Virus record (IMG/VR): IMGVR_UViG_3300036846_001448
Location: 1-45,122 of that record
Source of the DNA: a virus
Direction: 5' to 3' (one strand)
Length of the DNA: 45,122 nt
The position numbers were made by a program, and so were the translations under genes. The notes under the pieces are model-generated. The model was not told the DNA's origin and made no database searches. It saw only the letters and a list, made by a program, of their open reading frames with translations. Positions 17,243 to 25,824 of the stretch are shown piece after piece. Each line of letters opens with the position of its first letter. Positions within the stretch are counted from its first letter, which is position 1.

Positions 17243-20015
17243 GCTTGGTGCTTTCCTGGCGGTCACGCTCTCGGCCGTCATGCTGTGGGGGCAGGGAGCA
17301 CAGTTGCCGAAATATAAAGTTTCTCAACTGCCCAATCCGACCCTGGTTCCTACGCACACGGTGCAGGTTATCGATGGGGCAAACTCGGCCGACTGTACGG
17401 TGGGCTACGGCAACTTTAATGTCATATGTATGGTCAATGGGGGAGCCTGGGTCCCAGCGGCTAATTCTGGTCCGGTGGGACCGCCGGGACCGCCCGGGCC
17501 GCCCGGCGGATCGCTTTCCTATCCCGGCGTCGTGAGCAACGGCAACAGTGGATTGAGTGTGCAGGGCACGATGACCACGCCGTCTGTGACCGGTTATCGA
17601 CAAAACAATCTAAATGCCCGTTCCCGTAATCGTGATGAAGTTCTTCAGATTACGATCACCCCACAGGACATGCCGGGATGCGCCAACTCTGGCATGGGGT
17701 TGATCGATGATGCCCCCTGCTTCAATGCCGCCATTCACTATCTGGCCAGCTTCGACGACAATGTGCAGCGCCGCTTGATCGCTCCCTACACACAATATGG
17801 CTATCAATTTCTTTCCGCCGGATACCAGCAGCCATTGCCGCACGATTTCGGCGACTACCACGGATTTGCCGGGTATGCGACCCAGGCATCTGTGCAGTTG
17901 CAAATAATCAATGGCGTGGTAGCGAGTTGTTCAACGGGAGGCGGCACCGCTTACGCTCCATCGGCAACCCTGCCAGTCTGGATTTATGATCCCTCACTGC
18001 AAGGATCAGGCGGGTATGCCACAGTCGCGACAGATACAACAGGAGCCCCGACTAGTTGCACAGTTGTGCAGGGAGGGATTAAGTATCCTCCGAGTGGAGT
18101 TATAGGACAAGTGGTGCCGATTGGCGGCGACGGAGCTTCGGCCAATGCAACCCTAGCCTCAAACACATTCTCCACCGGCCAGAATCCGATTACCGTCACG
18201 GGCGGATCGGGCTACGCTTCCTTGACCACCAATGTCCCGGTAAACACCTTCATCGGCCCATCAGCCTTGCAGTGCACTGCTTATCCCACCTTCACGGCGA
18301 CGTGCGCAGCGGGCGTATGCACGGCGGTCAATGTCGGCACGACAGGAACGAATTGCACCTACAACGGAAGCGCCAGTGCGACGGTCCCGCTCTATTTCGG
18401 AGCAACCTGCGGCGGAGCGCAATGCACGCTCATGGCCCCGGAGACTCCGATCAACCTGCCCTGCGCCGTGGGCTTGATAAACAACATAACCATCGAGGGA
18501 ATTGGAAACCCAACTATCACGACAGGCTGGGACCTTTCCACGGTCAACAACTCGCAGATGATCGCCTTCTGTGATCCAACCGGGATACAGTCAACCAACA
18601 TCACCATCAAGAATCTGACAATCAACGCAGCATTCATCGGGTTCTGGTTTCCGTACGTTGTCCATCATCTGGCGATGACCGACGTAACCTTTGGAGGTTC
18701 CACCGGGACGGTGGGGATTCCAGTTCACGCATACTCATTCAGTGGTGGTCCGCAATCAGGCAGCGCCGGTGCTAATAGCATCAACCTGCAAAATGTGGGA
18801 GCCAATCCCCCTTATCTCCCTTCCACCTTCACGAATATCGCCGACTACGGTTACGCGGGCATAACCTGCGGCGGAGAGTGGATTGGAAGGTCGGCGGCTG
18901 GGTACACGGCATCGTCGTCGCGCAACGTCATGCCGGGGGGTTATCAGACCATGCTCGCGGCGGCATTTTACAATGCATCTTCTGTCGCGGATGGGATGCG
19001 GCTATTCGCTCATTACAACGATTTTTCGGCGGTTTCTCCGTGCGGGAACGTGCGTGTCGATAACTACCTGTACAAACCGCTTCTGACCCATTCGACCACG
19101 ACGGACAATATCGACAAATGGTTCGAGCAGTACGTGTGGAAGACGCAAGATGGTCCGGCGAGTGCGGTCACGTTTACCAATACGACCAACTTTCTGTCTA
19201 ACGGTCTGGCCTCAGTGAGCAATGCTGGGCTTGGATGCAAGTTCACGCAGACCGTGGTTGACAGGACTATCGATTACCAGTTCGGGAACAACACGGCGGC
19301 GGGCACGTCGAACCCCGGCGGCGTGGCCAATTATCCCTTCTATCAATGTTTCCCTGGTGTCACTTTTACCCCGCTCTGGTTCATGCCACGGTACTCCGGG
19401 AACACGCTGATCACCAATCCAATGACGAGATTCATGAACATCTACACTGAGTCTTATGTGAACCGCCCGGTGGTCATGGGCAGATTCGACGATTTAAATG
19501 TGGAGCAAGTGAACATCTGGGCCAGAACGACATTCACCGATCCATATCAGCAGACCGGAGAGGCTAGGGCGGCGATCAATATGACCTCGCGGAAGACATC
19601 GTCTTCTCTCCTGAGAGACATCACTTCCGTTCCCACCGCTCCAACCTTTTCCCCGATGTATCAAAATCTCGTGTCTGGATTTGCATCGAATGTGGGCCAG
19701 CACATGTTCAACATCCAGAACACGCCCTTTACTTCAGGAGCTACGATAACCGGGTGCGGGACGCTGACCTCGCCACTCGGGGGCGCGGGGGAAACGCCCT
19801 GGCATATGGCGGGATCGTTCGTCAGCAACACGTCAGCCACTTGCACGGCTGTGATTACGCCCGGAAGCACCGCGCCCAATGGCTGGAGATGCGCCGGGAC
19901 GGACATAGGAACCCAGGCACCGCTCAACCAGAGCGTCACATCAACCGTCTCCTGCACGATTACCGGCACGACAACCTTAGGGCATGCGGTGACATGGATA
20001 GCAGACGCTTACTAG
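17223..20015 (+). CDS. Tail fiber/tailspike-like protein with a signal-peptide-like N-terminus, a collagen-like triplet run and a beta-helix-like body
   Basis: 930 aa. TTG start at 17223 with SD GAGGAG 7 nt upstream (in-frame ATG at 17280). N-terminus KLGAFLAVTLSAVMLWGQGA|QLP. GPVGPPGPPGPPGG run. Long Gly/Thr/Asn-rich repeats such as NITIEGIGNPTITTGW...NITIKNLTINAAF are typical of right-handed beta-helix depolymerases. Confidence 0.65.
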   Translation: MNSIAHKLGAFLAVTLSAVMLWGQGAQLPKYKVSQLPNPTLVPTHTVQVIDGANSADCTVGYGNFNVICMVNGGAWVPAANSGPVGPPGPPGPPGGSLSYPGVVSNGNSGLSVQGTMTTPSVTGYRQNNLNARSRNRDEVLQITITPQDMPGCANSGMGLIDDAPCFNAAIHYLASFDDNVQRRLIAPYTQYGYQFLSAGYQQPLPHDFGDYHGFAGYATQASVQLQIINGVVASCSTGGGTAYAPSATLPVWIYDPSLQGSGGYATVATDTTGAPTSCTVVQGGIKYPPSGVIGQVVPIGGDGASANATLASNTFSTGQNPITVTGGSGYASLTTNVPVNTFIGPSALQCTAYPTFTATCAAGVCTAVNVGTTGTNCTYNGSASATVPLYFGATCGGAQCTLMAPETPINLPCAVGLINNITIEGIGNPTITTGWDLSTVNNSQMIAFCDPTGIQSTNITIKNLTINAAFIGFWFPYVVHHLAMTDVTFGGSTGTVGIPVHAYSFSGGPQSGSAGANSINLQNVGANPPYLPSTFTNIADYGYAGITCGGEWIGRSAAGYTASSSRNVMPGGYQTMLAAAFYNASSVADGMRLFAHYNDFSAVSPCGNVRVDNYLYKPLLTHSTTTDNIDKWFEQYVWKTQDGPASAVTFTNTTNFLSNGLASVSNAGLGCKFTQTVVDRTIDYQFGNNTAAGTSNPGGVANYPFYQCFPGVTFTPLWFMPRYSGNTLITNPMTRFMNIYTESYVNRPVVMGRFDDLNVEQVNIWARTTFTDPYQQTGEARAAINMTSRKTSSSLLRDITSVPTAPTFSPMYQNLVSGFASNVGQHMFNIQNTPFTSGATITGCGTLTSPLGGAGETPWHMAGSFVSNTSATCTAVITPGSTAPNGWRCAGTDIGTQAPLNQSVTSTVSCTITGTTTLGHAVTWIADAY

Positions 20016-22690
20016 GAGTTGCTCTTTTGCTCTTTCCTACGCTTCTCGGGGCGCAGTCGAGTTCTATTGCATTCTCATTTACCATTCCGCAATCCACTTC
20101 GGACACCAGAACCTCGGCGGCGGTCCTCGACTCCAGCGGAGTGCTTGTCAAGACGCTCTGGGGCAATGTGACCTACCCTCCGGGAACGTACCGGGGGGGT
20201 TGGGATGGACTGCTCGATGGGGCAGCATTCGTAACTAGTTCTACAGCTACTATGACAGTCAATAGTACGACTCTTACGTTGTCATCACCTAATCCTAGTG
20301 TAGTTATTGGTCAGGCCATCATTGCGCCTCCTTATACAGGACTTGATGCTAAAGTTGTAAATGTGTCTGGCACTACCGTAACTATGTCTGTACCGGCGTT
20401 GGCTAGTGGTTCAAATGTATCTGCATCGTTCGCTACTTCTCCTATTCTCGCATCGGCAGGTCAGACGTACACCATCAAACTCCTGACCAATCAAGTTGCT
20501 TATGTTTACGACGGCCATCTAGGCTCCACTGACACTCAGTGGTACTACCCGCAGAAGTGGGAATGGCACTGTTCGGGCTGGTACAACGGGATGGCAAAGG
20601 TTATTTTTGTAGGCAAGTCCGGCTGGGCTGCGTGCGCTTACAACGAGGGCGCGTACAACGTTGCGACGTTCGATGCATCGACGCCGAACTACCCACGCCT
20701 TCCAAATCTGTCCTACTTCTCCACCGCACACCAAACTGCGGACATGGCCTCCGATGGAAAAACGATCTATTTAATGGAGTGGAAGGCGGTACAGAACAAT
20801 AATTTTGTCACCGCCATCGATGCTGGAACGTCGATGCCGTTCTATTTCACGAATGGAACCTACGACACCACCTTCATCTGGCCGGGCGGATTCATCGGCA
20901 ACAACAATTACGTCCCAACGCTGACCGGCACCTACATTGATCTTGTCGTTTCCCCCGCGACCGATGTGCAAACGGGAATTGCGGTGCAGCAGTCGGGGTC
21001 CATTCTCGCCGTGGCGCATGGCACGACTGGAACCATCAAGCTGTTCGACAAGGTTTCTGGATCGTCAGTCGGCACGATAAGCGGTGTTCACGTCTCGACC
21101 ATTACGCCCAACTTTACCCCGATGGCCTTTACGACTGAGGGTTTGTGGTACGTATCGGATGGTGGCTTGTACCTCATCACTGGCCTTCCGTCTTCGCCAG
21201 TGGTCACGCAGCCCATCGCGGGCCCGCCTTTTCAATATGTCGCCGCCATAGGAGCCAACCCTACGACTAACGGTCTTTACGTTGCGGATGGAGGGACAAA
21301 CCAACAGATTTACGAGTATGCGGTCAATACCCACTTACTGCTCAAAACGCTGGGAGTTTTGGGCGGATACCACGACTGCAACCCCACCATCACGCATACG
21401 CGATTTATGTTCGACGACACGGCGACAATCGGCAGCAATGCTGCGGGAAACTACTTCCACTACGTTTTCGTACAGCCCGACGCCAGCGACAACGTTTGGG
21501 TTGAAGACCTTTATGGGCGCAGGATTCAGCACTTCGATGCGAGCGGCAACTACGTCAACCAGATTCTCTACATGAAGCCTAGCTACGGAGGCGCAACGGC
21601 ATCCGAGACGATGCCCACCCGAACGTTCATTGGAATGTTCGAGTACGACATGAACTACACCGTGCCCAATCTTCCCGGAGACCCCGACCCCACGCTGGGC
21701 GGAAATGGATCGTGGACATTTGCAAAGGACTGGATGGTCTGCGCCCTGGGCGCTCACGGTTCTCCGCCTCTGACTGACGCCAATCAGGACAGATACTACT
21801 TTCTTCAGGTTGAGAACTTATCCAATAATCGCGTTTACGCAACGCTTACGTCGCATCCGGGAAATTTTAGAAACGTCTTTGAGTTACCCGTGAACGGGAC
21901 TTCTCCCGCCAGAAATACCGGGTTGTTATGGCCCAACAACTACACCATGTTGCGTAATGGAACGCTATCCTCGTGGTCTGTGAGCGGCAGTTCTCCTTCT
22001 AAGACGGTGTCTATTTTGAACGAAGCTCTGACGGGGTTTGATGGCAGTGGTAATCCTATTTGGGGAAGCCCTGCAACGGTAATCTCGACCACCACAAACG
22101 CCAGCAATGTGTTCCTGATTCCAGGGCAAGGGGGTATAGGCGGCAGCCGCTCCTCGGAACCAACAACCAGCGGATACTACCCTATTTGGCAGACCTCCGT
22201 TATTGGAACTTCGGGCTACCCGCACGCCGCCGCCATCAAGTCTGGATTTCCCTCGTACGCATGGACAACGATGCCAGAGAAGGCGCTGGTTGTTCCTGAT
22301 GGCATGTCTTATCCTTCAGGGGCATCTGCGGGGATGACCCCCGTGCGGACGGAAGGCACCAATATTCTCTACTGGTACGCAGGCAACTACAATGCCTATG
22401 GATCGCAGGTCTATCACTACTACGAAGACGGTCTGATGATTGGGCAATTCGGGAACACAACGGCGCTGCCGCCCAATGGCGAGAAATATCCCCTTCACCC
22501 CGGCAACATCGGCAACAGTCAATACATGAGTACCACGACTGTGAACGGGGACATCTACGTTTATCTGGGGGACGAAGCGCTTTCTCTGGCGCAACGCTGG
22601 CATGTAGCGAACCTGAATTCTATCCACGAATACGCCGGAACGGGAGTCTTACAACCGGGTGGCAGCGTAATACTGAACCCACTTTTCTAA
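19994..22690 (+). CDS. Large secreted-type / receptor-binding protein with a FlgD-Ig-like N-domain and an NHL-type beta-propeller
   Basis: Start moved to ATG 19994, because the track ORF from 19754 overlaps the previous gene. MDSRRLLGVALLLFPTLLGA|QSS looks like a Sec signal. AAVLDSSGVLVKTLWGNVTYPPGTYRGGWDG is FlgD-Ig-like. YVADGGTNQQIYEY and VWVEDLYGRRIQHFDASGNYVNQI are NHL-repeat-like. Confidence 0.6.
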   Translation: MDSRRLLGVALLLFPTLLGAQSSSIAFSFTIPQSTSDTRTSAAVLDSSGVLVKTLWGNVTYPPGTYRGGWDGLLDGAAFVTSSTATMTVNSTTLTLSSPNPSVVIGQAIIAPPYTGLDAKVVNVSGTTVTMSVPALASGSNVSASFATSPILASAGQTYTIKLLTNQVAYVYDGHLGSTDTQWYYPQKWEWHCSGWYNGMAKVIFVGKSGWAACAYNEGAYNVATFDASTPNYPRLPNLSYFSTAHQTADMASDGKTIYLMEWKAVQNNNFVTAIDAGTSMPFYFTNGTYDTTFIWPGGFIGNNNYVPTLTGTYIDLVVSPATDVQTGIAVQQSGSILAVAHGTTGTIKLFDKVSGSSVGTISGVHVSTITPNFTPMAFTTEGLWYVSDGGLYLITGLPSSPVVTQPIAGPPFQYVAAIGANPTTNGLYVADGGTNQQIYEYAVNTHLLLKTLGVLGGYHDCNPTITHTRFMFDDTATIGSNAAGNYFHYVFVQPDASDNVWVEDLYGRRIQHFDASGNYVNQILYMKPSYGGATASETMPTRTFIGMFEYDMNYTVPNLPGDPDPTLGGNGSWTFAKDWMVCALGAHGSPPLTDANQDRYYFLQVENLSNNRVYATLTSHPGNFRNVFELPVNGTSPARNTGLLWPNNYTMLRNGTLSSWSVSGSSPSKTVSILNEALTGFDGSGNPIWGSPATVISTTTNASNVFLIPGQGGIGGSRSSEPTTSGYYPIWQTSVIGTSGYPHAAAIKSGFPSYAWTTMPEKALVVPDGMSYPSGASAGMTPVRTEGTNILYWYAGNYNAYGSQVYHYYEDGLMIGQFGNTTALPPNGEKYPLHPGNIGNSQYMSTTTVNGDIYVYLGDEALSLAQRWHVANLNSIHEYAGTGVLQPGGSVILNPLF

Positions 22691-22705
22691 AAAGGAGGCC
22701 GGCAG

Positions 22706-22858
22706 ATGATTTCCCTGATTCTTCTCGCCCTGGCATTTGCGTGTTTTGTCATCGCGTCGTTCTGGAATCCCAATCCCCCACCGCGCTGGAGCCTGATCGC
22801 TGCCGGGCTGGCCTTCTGGGTGCTATCGGTCATCATCGGCGGCCACCTGGGGCGCTAG
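22706..22858 (+). CDS. Small two-TM membrane protein (50 aa), holin-like candidate, below the ORF-track cut-off
   Basis: ATG at 22706 with SD AAAGGAGG at 22691-22698. Product is MISLILLALAFACFVIASFWNPNPPPRWSLIAAGLAFWVLSVIIGGHLGR, two hydrophobic helices joined by a Pro-rich turn. It is the last gene of the rightward late block. Confidence 0.55.
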   Translation: MISLILLALAFACFVIASFWNPNPPPRWSLIAAGLAFWVLSVIIGGHLGR

Positions 22859-22860
22859 CT

Positions 22861-22926
22861 TACGAATGTCTTCGTATGATCGCCTGTAAATCGGCTATTC
22901 GCTATTAGACGCGCACTGTGGCGCGT
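22861..22926. terminator. Two short hairpins in the convergent gap between the late and early blocks (possible bidirectional terminators)
   Basis: TACGAA-tgtc-TTCGTA (22861-22876) and ACGCGC-actgtg-GCGCGT (22909-22926). There are no strong U-tracts, so confidence is low. Confidence 0.3.
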
Positions 22927-22953
22927 AGAGCCCTGAGGTGAAAAGTGGGTAGC

Positions 22954-23244
22954 CTACCCCACAGCCCGGGGGGTCGTCGCCGCAGCCTCGGGCGTTGTAC
23001 GGGCCCTGGCCGGACCCTTTCTGATCTGGGGCGACCCCTCAATTCCGCACGCTTTAGCCTCCGCTTCGATGACTTCGTACCAGCAGAGGCATTCGTCGGC
23101 TTCCTCGTGGGCCAGGCGCAGGGTGTCGACGCCCATGACAAACCGCATGGCCGCCTCGATGAAGCCCGGGTCGTTGCTCATCTCCGCCCGCCAGGCCATC
23201 TGCCGGCGCATGCGGTGCAGGTCTTTTGCGGGGAAGTTGCACAT
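22954..23244 (-). CDS. Hypothetical protein (96 aa), translationally coupled to the DnaB gene
   Basis: ATG at 23244 lies 3 nt after the dnaB stop, with an AGAGGTG SD inside the dnaB 3' end. The N-terminal ~70 aa have ordinary protein-like composition. Confidence 0.45.
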   Translation of the reverse strand: MCNFPAKDLHRMRRQMAWRAEMSNDPGFIEAAMRFVMGVDTLRLAHEEADECLCWYEVIEAEAKACGIEGSPQIRKGPARARTTPEAAATTPRAVG

Positions 23245-23247
23245 GGG

Positions 23248-24558
23248 TCACCTCTGCTTGAAGTGCAGATACTCTCCGTCAAGGTAGGTTGGGACTGAAT
23301 CGAGAAACCCGTTGCGATTCTTGGCAATGATCAGCTCGTCTTCGCCGGTGAAGCGTGAGGTTTCGATGTCGATCGGACGATAGGGCAGGACTACCACGTG
23401 AGCGACCTCCTCGAGAGCGCCAGATTCTTTCAGGCTGTGCATATTGGGCTTGGAGTTGATATCCCGGCCTTGGGGCCGGGGGCTCTGCGAGAGCAACAGT
23501 ACGGCGACGTTCTCGGTTTTGGCGAAGTCGCGTAGCCGGTAGGCTACCTGCGCGACCTGTTCGCGGATTTCCTTCCCAGGGGCGGAGATGATCTGGGCAT
23601 AATCGACAACCAGCAACTGAACGCCGTGGTGGCGGCGCTCTCGCGTGGCGTTCCAGAGGAGTCTTTCAAGGGTGACTGTGGCGGCATCGGAGATGTAAAG
23701 CGGCAGTTGTCCCAGGGCCAGCAGTCCCGAGCGCACGCGCTCCCGTTCGGTCAGGTTCAGAAGGCGTGGCTCGCGTATCTTCCACACCGGCATGCCTTCG
23801 AGCAGGCAGGCGGTGATATCGATCCACGACTTTTTGCTCATCTCTCCAGAATGCACCAGTGTCGGAATTCCCCGCAGGAGGGCACCGGCGACGATCTGCC
23901 GGGCGAGAGTCGTCTTCCCGCGTGAAGGTGCGGCTCCGACCACCCATAGCTCGCCCAGCCTCATCCCTCCCCCTGTGAGTTCGTCCAGGCCGCGGATGCC
24001 TGTTGGGATGATTTGAACTTCTTGCGGGTCGTCTACAAGCGCCCTGATGCTTTCCAGGGCTAGCTCTGCGGAGCTCCAGACCTCGTTGCCAGAATTCTGT
24101 TCCGCGGCGTCAGTGAGGGCCTTCAGGTGATCCCACAAGACCTTGAGGGCTGGCTCGGATTGATCTTCGGCGCGGGCCATTGTGACTGAGCAAGCTTTTA
24201 TCATCTGGCGCAGCAGGCTTTTGTCTTTCACGATCTCGACGTAATCGCTGATGACTGGCTGCCGCGGAAGGCCCTCAGTCAGAGATGCCAGGTAGGACAT
24301 CCCGCCCATGCCGGCTAGTTCCTTGTGGCGGTCCAACTCCTGGCCGAGCGTGACTAGGTCAACGGTGTGATCGGAAGCGAGCAGTTCACCTACGCGGCGG
24401 TAGATGCGCTGATGAGAATCAAGCCAAAAATCATCCACTGCGAGTTTGTCTTGAGCCTCGAGGTAATACGCGTTGTCGAGCAAGGTGGCGCCCAGGATGG
24501 TTTTTTCGGCGTAGGTATCGGCAGGGAATCCGCGTTCCTCGGATACATGAGGGTTCAT
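23248..24558 (-). CDS. dnaB: Replicative DNA helicase, DnaB family
   Basis: 436 aa. N-domain AEKTILGATLLDNAYYLEAQDKLAVDDFWLDSHQRIYRRVGELL. Walker A GIRGLDELTGGGMRLGELWVVGAAPSRGKTTLA. Walker B LLVVDYAQII. Confidence 0.9.
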   Translation of the reverse strand: MNPHVSEERGFPADTYAEKTILGATLLDNAYYLEAQDKLAVDDFWLDSHQRIYRRVGELLASDHTVDLVTLGQELDRHKELAGMGGMSYLASLTEGLPRQPVISDYVEIVKDKSLLRQMIKACSVTMARAEDQSEPALKVLWDHLKALTDAAEQNSGNEVWSSAELALESIRALVDDPQEVQIIPTGIRGLDELTGGGMRLGELWVVGAAPSRGKTTLARQIVAGALLRGIPTLVHSGEMSKKSWIDITACLLEGMPVWKIREPRLLNLTERERVRSGLLALGQLPLYISDAATVTLERLLWNATRERRHHGVQLLVVDYAQIISAPGKEIREQVAQVAYRLRDFAKTENVAVLLLSQSPRPQGRDINSKPNMHSLKESGALEEVAHVVVLPYRPIDIETSRFTGEDELIIAKNRNGFLDSVPTYLDGEYLHFKQR

Positions 24559-25337
24559 GGCTGGTGTCTCTCCTTCAACTGCTCGTTGCGTAGGGCTCTC
24601 TGGCGTTCAATGTCGAGGTCGTACTGGGTTTTAGGCTTCGGTGCGCCGTTCAGGTGCGCCGGCTGGTCTTCGGGGAACAGCACCCCCCGCCAGCCGCTCG
24701 AAATTGCCTTCTCTAAACGCTGGTTGGGGTCGATGCCGTAGCTGTGCAGTTTTTCGAGGTCGGAAAGGATGTTGGACCTGGCCCGGTCGGTGAAGGGAAC
24801 ACGAGGGATCTTTCGCCGCATTTCCACGAAGCCTTCCCAGGAATCCCGGTGCAGCCATTCAGGGAGCTCGGGAGAGGGTGGTTGTGACCCTACCTGACCT
24901 TTCTTGACCTTTACACCATTAAGGGGGTGCAGGGGGTTCTGCCTATTAGTCAGAGTTTCCAGACTATTAGTCAGAGTTTCTGCAGATTCATTACTCTGAC
25001 TAATAGGCAGAGTTTTATGGTCTAAACCCTGACTGGCAGTCACCCTTTCCGTGGTCTCTAAACTCTGACTATTAGGCACCCTTTTAATGAGGTGATATTG
25101 TGAAGTTTTTCCCCTCCCCCCGCCCTTCAGAATCTCCATCCATCCGTCTCTTTGGAGGTTGGAAATAGACCTACACACAGCTCGTTCGGAGAGACGTGTT
25201 CCTTTCACAACGTCGGCAATGGAAGGAAAGCAGAAGCCATCCTGATCTGCCCTGTATGCGAGTCTCAGAAGGACGAGATTGTCCTGAACATTTCCGGGGC
25301 CGTTTTCCCAAACCCAATCCGCCCAGTGAATGCTCAT
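24555..25337 (-). CDS. Replication initiator (winged-helix, lambda O-like logic) with the origin iterons inside its own coding sequence
   Basis: 260 aa. N-terminal wHTH-like NLVLLRLAYRADQDGFCFPSIADVVKGTRLSERAVCRSISNLQRDGWMEI. ATGA overlap with dnaB. The repeat cluster 24942-25076 encodes the repetitive linker ...ETLTNSLETLTNRQ... Confidence 0.65.
   Translation of the reverse strand: MSIHWADWVWENGPGNVQDNLVLLRLAYRADQDGFCFPSIADVVKGTRLSERAVCRSISNLQRDGWMEILKGGGRGKTSQYHLIKRVPNSQSLETTERVTASQGLDHKTLPISQSNESAETLTNSLETLTNRQNPLHPLNGVKVKKGQVGSQPPSPELPEWLHRDSWEGFVEMRRKIPRVPFTDRARSNILSDLEKLHSYGIDPNQRLEKAISSGWRGVLFPEDQPAHLNGAPKPKTQYDLDIERQRALRNEQLKERHQP
24942..25076. repeat. Iteron cluster, the candidate origin of replication
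   Basis: CTATTAGTCAGAGTTTC occurs at 24943-24959 and 24964-24980 (direct, 21-bp phasing). ACTCTGACTAATAGG at 24993-25007 is the exact inverse. AACTCTGACTATTAGG at 25061-25076 is inverse with one mismatch. An A/T-richer stretch (cttttaatgaggtgatattgtgaagttttt) follows at 25081-25110. Confidence 0.65.
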
Positions 25338-25412
25338 GAGGGATCGCTCCCCGCGAACGGCGCATGCGCGAATACATCAAAGCCCGGAGGCTTCCTGGCA
25401 AGCATCAGTGTT

Positions 25413-25470
25413 CCTTCAAAGTTCTTTATCAGCGGGCTCGCGGAACTTTGAAGGGATTACGCGAGCCCAC
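25413..25470. repeat. Two interleaved inverted repeats (A-B-A'-B') in the gap between the CSD-like gene and the initiator gene
   Basis: A CCTTCAAAGTTC (25413-25424) pairs with GAACTTTGAAGG (25443-25454), 12/12. B GCGGGCTCGCG (25432-25442) pairs with CGCGAGCCCAC (25460-25470), 10/11. Confidence 0.7.
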
Positions 25471-25579
25471 TGAAAAATACCTGCTGGCGCAGGGTGCGGG
25501 GATCAGCCGCGTCTAAATGATACCACCGGAAGACGTGGCTAAGCTGTTAAAGGGGTGTTTGAAGCTTTCAAAGGCTCTT

Positions 25580-25816
25580 TTAGGCTGCGGCCACCTCGAC
25601 CATGCGCACCTTGACGGCTCGTCGCTTTCGCTTTCCGGGATGGGGCACGACGTGGAACTCGACAATCGCAAAGTCCTCGGGCATTTCCTGGCCGTGGCAA
25701 TCGCGAATATGAAAGAAGACCTGCTCATGGCTGGTCGTCTCGATGAATCCCCAGGTGCGGTCGGGCTCGTGGATGAAGTACACCCGGCCGCGCACCACCT
25801 CTTCGATCGCAATCAT
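25580..25816 (-). CDS. Small OB-fold / cold-shock-domain-like protein (78 aa)
   Basis: SD AGGAGG upstream. RGRVYFIHEPDRTWGFIETTSHEQVFFHIRD...FAIVEFHVV resembles the G.V......GFGFI.......dvFvH pattern of CSD proteins, with a basic tail KRKRRAVK. Confidence 0.45.
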   Translation of the reverse strand: MIAIEEVVRGRVYFIHEPDRTWGFIETTSHEQVFFHIRDCHGQEMPEDFAIVEFHVVPHPGKRKRRAVKVRMVEVAAA

Positions 25817-25824
25817 GGCGCCTC

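Noticed and set aside
19754-19993. N-terminal extensions of track ORFs: 19754-19993, 42633-43292, 26788-26931, 38797-39000, 39707-39772, 40673-40711, 32708-32818, 28308-28331 and 38380-38451.
   Set aside because: The extensions overlap the preceding gene in another frame, have junk composition, and are followed by an internal start with a proper SD or a start/stop overlap. Starts were moved accordingly.
16508-22690. Diversity-generating retroelement (TR/VR pair plus reverse transcriptase), as in Bordetella phage BPP-1
   Set aside because: No ORF anywhere in the closed genome shows reverse-transcriptase motifs. I found no near-identical ~100-150-bp repeat pair at the 3' end of the fiber genes. 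A formal self-alignment would be needed to exclude short TR/VR pairs completely.
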